Below are positions 51,941 through 54,127 of a stretch of 54,127 nucleotides of DNA, in pieces. The position numbers and the translations under genes are program-made. This DNA is from Trichormus sp. ATA11-4-KO1. Lineage in GTDB: Bacteria > Cyanobacteriota > Cyanobacteriia > Cyanobacteriales > Nostocaceae. Where the stretch lies: positions 1 through 54,127 of the forward strand of contig JAHHIM010000030.1 in NCBI GenBank assembly GCA_019358915.1. Reading direction: 5' to 3'. The notes under the pieces are model-generated. The model searched no databases, was not told where the DNA came from, and worked only from the letters and a program-made list of their open reading frames with translations. Every line of letters begins with the position of its first letter. Within the stretch, counting starts at the first letter, position 1.

Positions 51941-52762
51941 ATGTTAACAGAAAAACTTGAGCAATTAAAAGCTTTATTTACAGAAATGGAGCAGGCTTTG
52001 ATTGCCTACTCTGGAGGCATTGATAGTACTTTGGTTGCTAAGATTGCTTATGATGTGTTGGGCGATCGCGCTTTGGCTGTGACGGCTGTTTCGCCTTCGC
52101 TGTTGCCAGAAGAGTTGGAAGATGCGAAAATTCAAGCCGCAACTATCGGATTTTTGCATAAAATTGTCCACACTCACGAAATGGACAATCCCAATTACAC
52201 CTCTAACCCTGTCAATCGTTGTTATTTTTGCAAAAGCGAATTACACGACACTCTCAAACCTCTAGCTTTGAAGTTGGGTTATCCCTATGTAGTGGATGGA
52301 GTAAATGCTGATGATTTACAGGATTATCGGCCAGGTATTCAAGCAGCTAAGGAAAGAGGCGCGCGATCGCCTTTAGCTGAAGTTGGTGTTACCAAAGTTG
52401 AAGTCCGTCAACTTGCACAACAACTCGGTTTACCTTGGTGGGATAAACCGGCGCAACCTTGTCTTAGTTCTCGGTTTCCCTACGGTGAAGAAATTACTGT
52501 AGCTAAGTTACAAAGGGTGGGTAGAGCAGAAATATACTTACGAAAGTTGGGTTGGCAGAATTTGCGTGTGCGTTCTGAAGGCGACACAGCACGGATTGAA
52601 TTACCGCCAGCACAAATTAAAGATTTTGTCTTAACTACGGATTTACAAGCGGTAGTGGCGGCATTTCAGGAGTTGGGATTTATTTATGTCACCCTCGATT
52701 TAGAAGGTTATCGTAGTGGCAAGTTAAATCAAGTTTTAAATCGGCAAGTCCTAGGTGTCTAA
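51941..52762 (+). CDS. larE: ATP-dependent sacrificial sulfur transferase LarE (TIGR00268)
   Basis: SGGIDS PP-loop, RCYFCK, DYRPG, PCLSSRFPYG. Confidence 0.9.
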   Translation: MLTEKLEQLKALFTEMEQALIAYSGGIDSTLVAKIAYDVLGDRALAVTAVSPSLLPEELEDAKIQAATIGFLHKIVHTHEMDNPNYTSNPVNRCYFCKSELHDTLKPLALKLGYPYVVDGVNADDLQDYRPGIQAAKERGARSPLAEVGVTKVEVRQLAQQLGLPWWDKPAQPCLSSRFPYGEEITVAKLQRVGRAEIYLRKLGWQNLRVRSEGDTARIELPPAQIKDFVLTTDLQAVVAAFQELGFIYVTLDLEGYRSGKLNQVLNRQVLGV

Positions 52763-52763
52763 A

Positions 52764-53852
52764 TTATTGTAATATTGCTGGCGATCGCTTCATTTCTATC
52801 TGTTGTAGTGCCGAACGCCAAACATCATACCCATCTGGAGACAAATGCAACCCATCTGTGGTTAACTCTAGGCGTAAATTGCCTTGAAAATCTGTAAACC
52901 AATGATAAATATCTAGATAATTAGCCTTTTCTTGTTGAGCAATCAGGGCTAGTTGTGTATTAATTTGCCGAATGCGACTATTGGAAATTGTCGGCAGCCG
53001 AGTAGGTAAAATTGATTGCATAATTATCTGAGTTTTGGGGTGAGTCTGCCGCAAACTGCGGATAATCCGGCGGTGATTACGCAAAATTTCTTCATCACTA
53101 GTACCTTTACGCAAGTCGTTAATCCCAGCCATGATGTAAATCACATTAGGTCTTGTTGCTGAAAATGCCCCTAATCTTTTTAAAATACCACCGGAAGTGT
53201 CTCCAGATATGCCTTGATTCAGCCACAATTTACCAGTAGGCAGTTTTTCTCTAGGAAACCACATGCTTAAAGAATCACCAACTAAAATACTTAAATGATT
53301 TACACCTTGACCTTGGCTGATGGCTTTGGCTTCTAAAGCTAATAACCCTTTCCAGTCTTCATAAGTTAGTTGATGCTCTTTCGTAGACTCCCATGATGAT
53401 TGCCTACCACCATCTACACGTGTATAAATCTGACCTGTTTTCAATGCCGCTAATCTTTGGTAGTAAAGTTGATTACCAGATGTCAATGGCAGGTTTGATG
53501 GTGGGGAACTGGGGTTAAATAATGACTCTGGTAATGGTAATTCCTGGTTATTAAATTGCGATTTCGGTAAGGAAATATCAAGACTGGTAACGTTTTGTTC
53601 TCCTACTGTTGGCTGTGCAATCTCTAGTGGTATTAACACTTGTTCATGAAATTCTGGTAAGGAAATGTTTAAGCTGGTGCTAATTTTTTCATCTATTCTT
53701 ATCTGCGAACTCTTGGGGGAATTCCACAGAAATTGAGAATTTTCTGGCAGAAAGACCGACAGATGTGGAAGAGCCGATGCTGGTATTGCCAATCCTGTTA
53801 ACAATCCTGCTGCCAACAGATAAGTATCCCTCATCGCTTTGTCTCTCCTCAT
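52764..53852 (-). CDS. SGNH/GDSL hydrolase with N-terminal signal and low-complexity region
   Basis: GDSLS, NQGISGD, GIND, DGLH blocks. Confidence 0.9.
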   Translation of the reverse strand: MRRDKAMRDTYLLAAGLLTGLAIPASALPHLSVFLPENSQFLWNSPKSSQIRIDEKISTSLNISLPEFHEQVLIPLEIAQPTVGEQNVTSLDISLPKSQFNNQELPLPESLFNPSSPPSNLPLTSGNQLYYQRLAALKTGQIYTRVDGGRQSSWESTKEHQLTYEDWKGLLALEAKAISQGQGVNHLSILVGDSLSMWFPREKLPTGKLWLNQGISGDTSGGILKRLGAFSATRPNVIYIMAGINDLRKGTSDEEILRNHRRIIRSLRQTHPKTQIIMQSILPTRLPTISNSRIRQINTQLALIAQQEKANYLDIYHWFTDFQGNLRLELTTDGLHLSPDGYDVWRSALQQIEMKRSPAILQ

Positions 53853-54127
53853 ACTTACTGCTTTTCCCTATGACAGCATCAATTGCCTGTGTTCAGGAAA
53901 ATTTTACTTAGGTTAGATTATTATTTTTATTTACACTGTACTGTGTAGTTCTGTAAAGCACGTTAACAAAATTATGTTTGATAATTTACACTCTCTTTAA
54001 AACCCACCTTCCGCACCCTAACTGTCACACATCAACAAAAAGCTGACGGAGTAGTACATAAGAACTAAGTTAGATTCAAGATTCCAGAGACTTAATGAGA
54101 ATAAGTAGTATTAAGTCTCTTGATTTG

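Larger units (their letters stand above)
377..52788. repeat. HIP1 octamer GCGATCGC dispersed through the window
   Basis: Many copies, e.g. 377, 2005, 33177, 38978, 39041, 52781; a cyanobacterial hallmark. Confidence 0.95.

Noticed and set aside
1..54127. tRNA, rRNA, transposase, integrase or prophage genes
   Set aside because: None was recognised by reading; a tRNAscan/Rfam/ISfinder run would be needed to exclude them formally.

Overview
This is a 54-kb chromosomal window from a heterocyst-forming-type cyanobacterium (Nostocales-like), judged from frequent HIP1 GCGATCGC sites, heptamer STRR repeats, psaX, ndhB and an rbp gene. Most of it is core genome: sir, rsmE, aroQ, topA, ndhB, lipA, psaX, a LivH/NatD permease and larE. 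It also carries a split type I secretion locus (PPIase + HlyB-like transporter ... HlyD) that encloses a subtilase and a DJ-1/LysR pair. The best candidate for an undescribed system lies in an AT-rich accessory block between ndhB and a response regulator/lipA (~33.0-45.4 kb). It is a three-gene oxidative operon: an AetD-like heme-oxygenase-fold diiron enzyme with a complete predicted iron-ligand set, a FOXRED2-like flavoprotein and an FMO-family monooxygenase. The operon has no NRPS, PKS or transporter and is flanked by a REC-histidine kinase and a giant Ser/Thr kinase-AAA-GAF-histidine kinase. Other points: a ribbon-helix-helix tail on sulfite reductase, an apparently circularly permuted subtilase, a protease-dead C39-like transporter domain, a degenerate ADP-ribosylhydrolase paralog, a truncated PIN toxin beside an intact DUF433 antitoxin, and two small genes missed by the ORF track (psaX and a 45-aa ORF). 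All family calls come from motif recognition and memory; no database searches were run.
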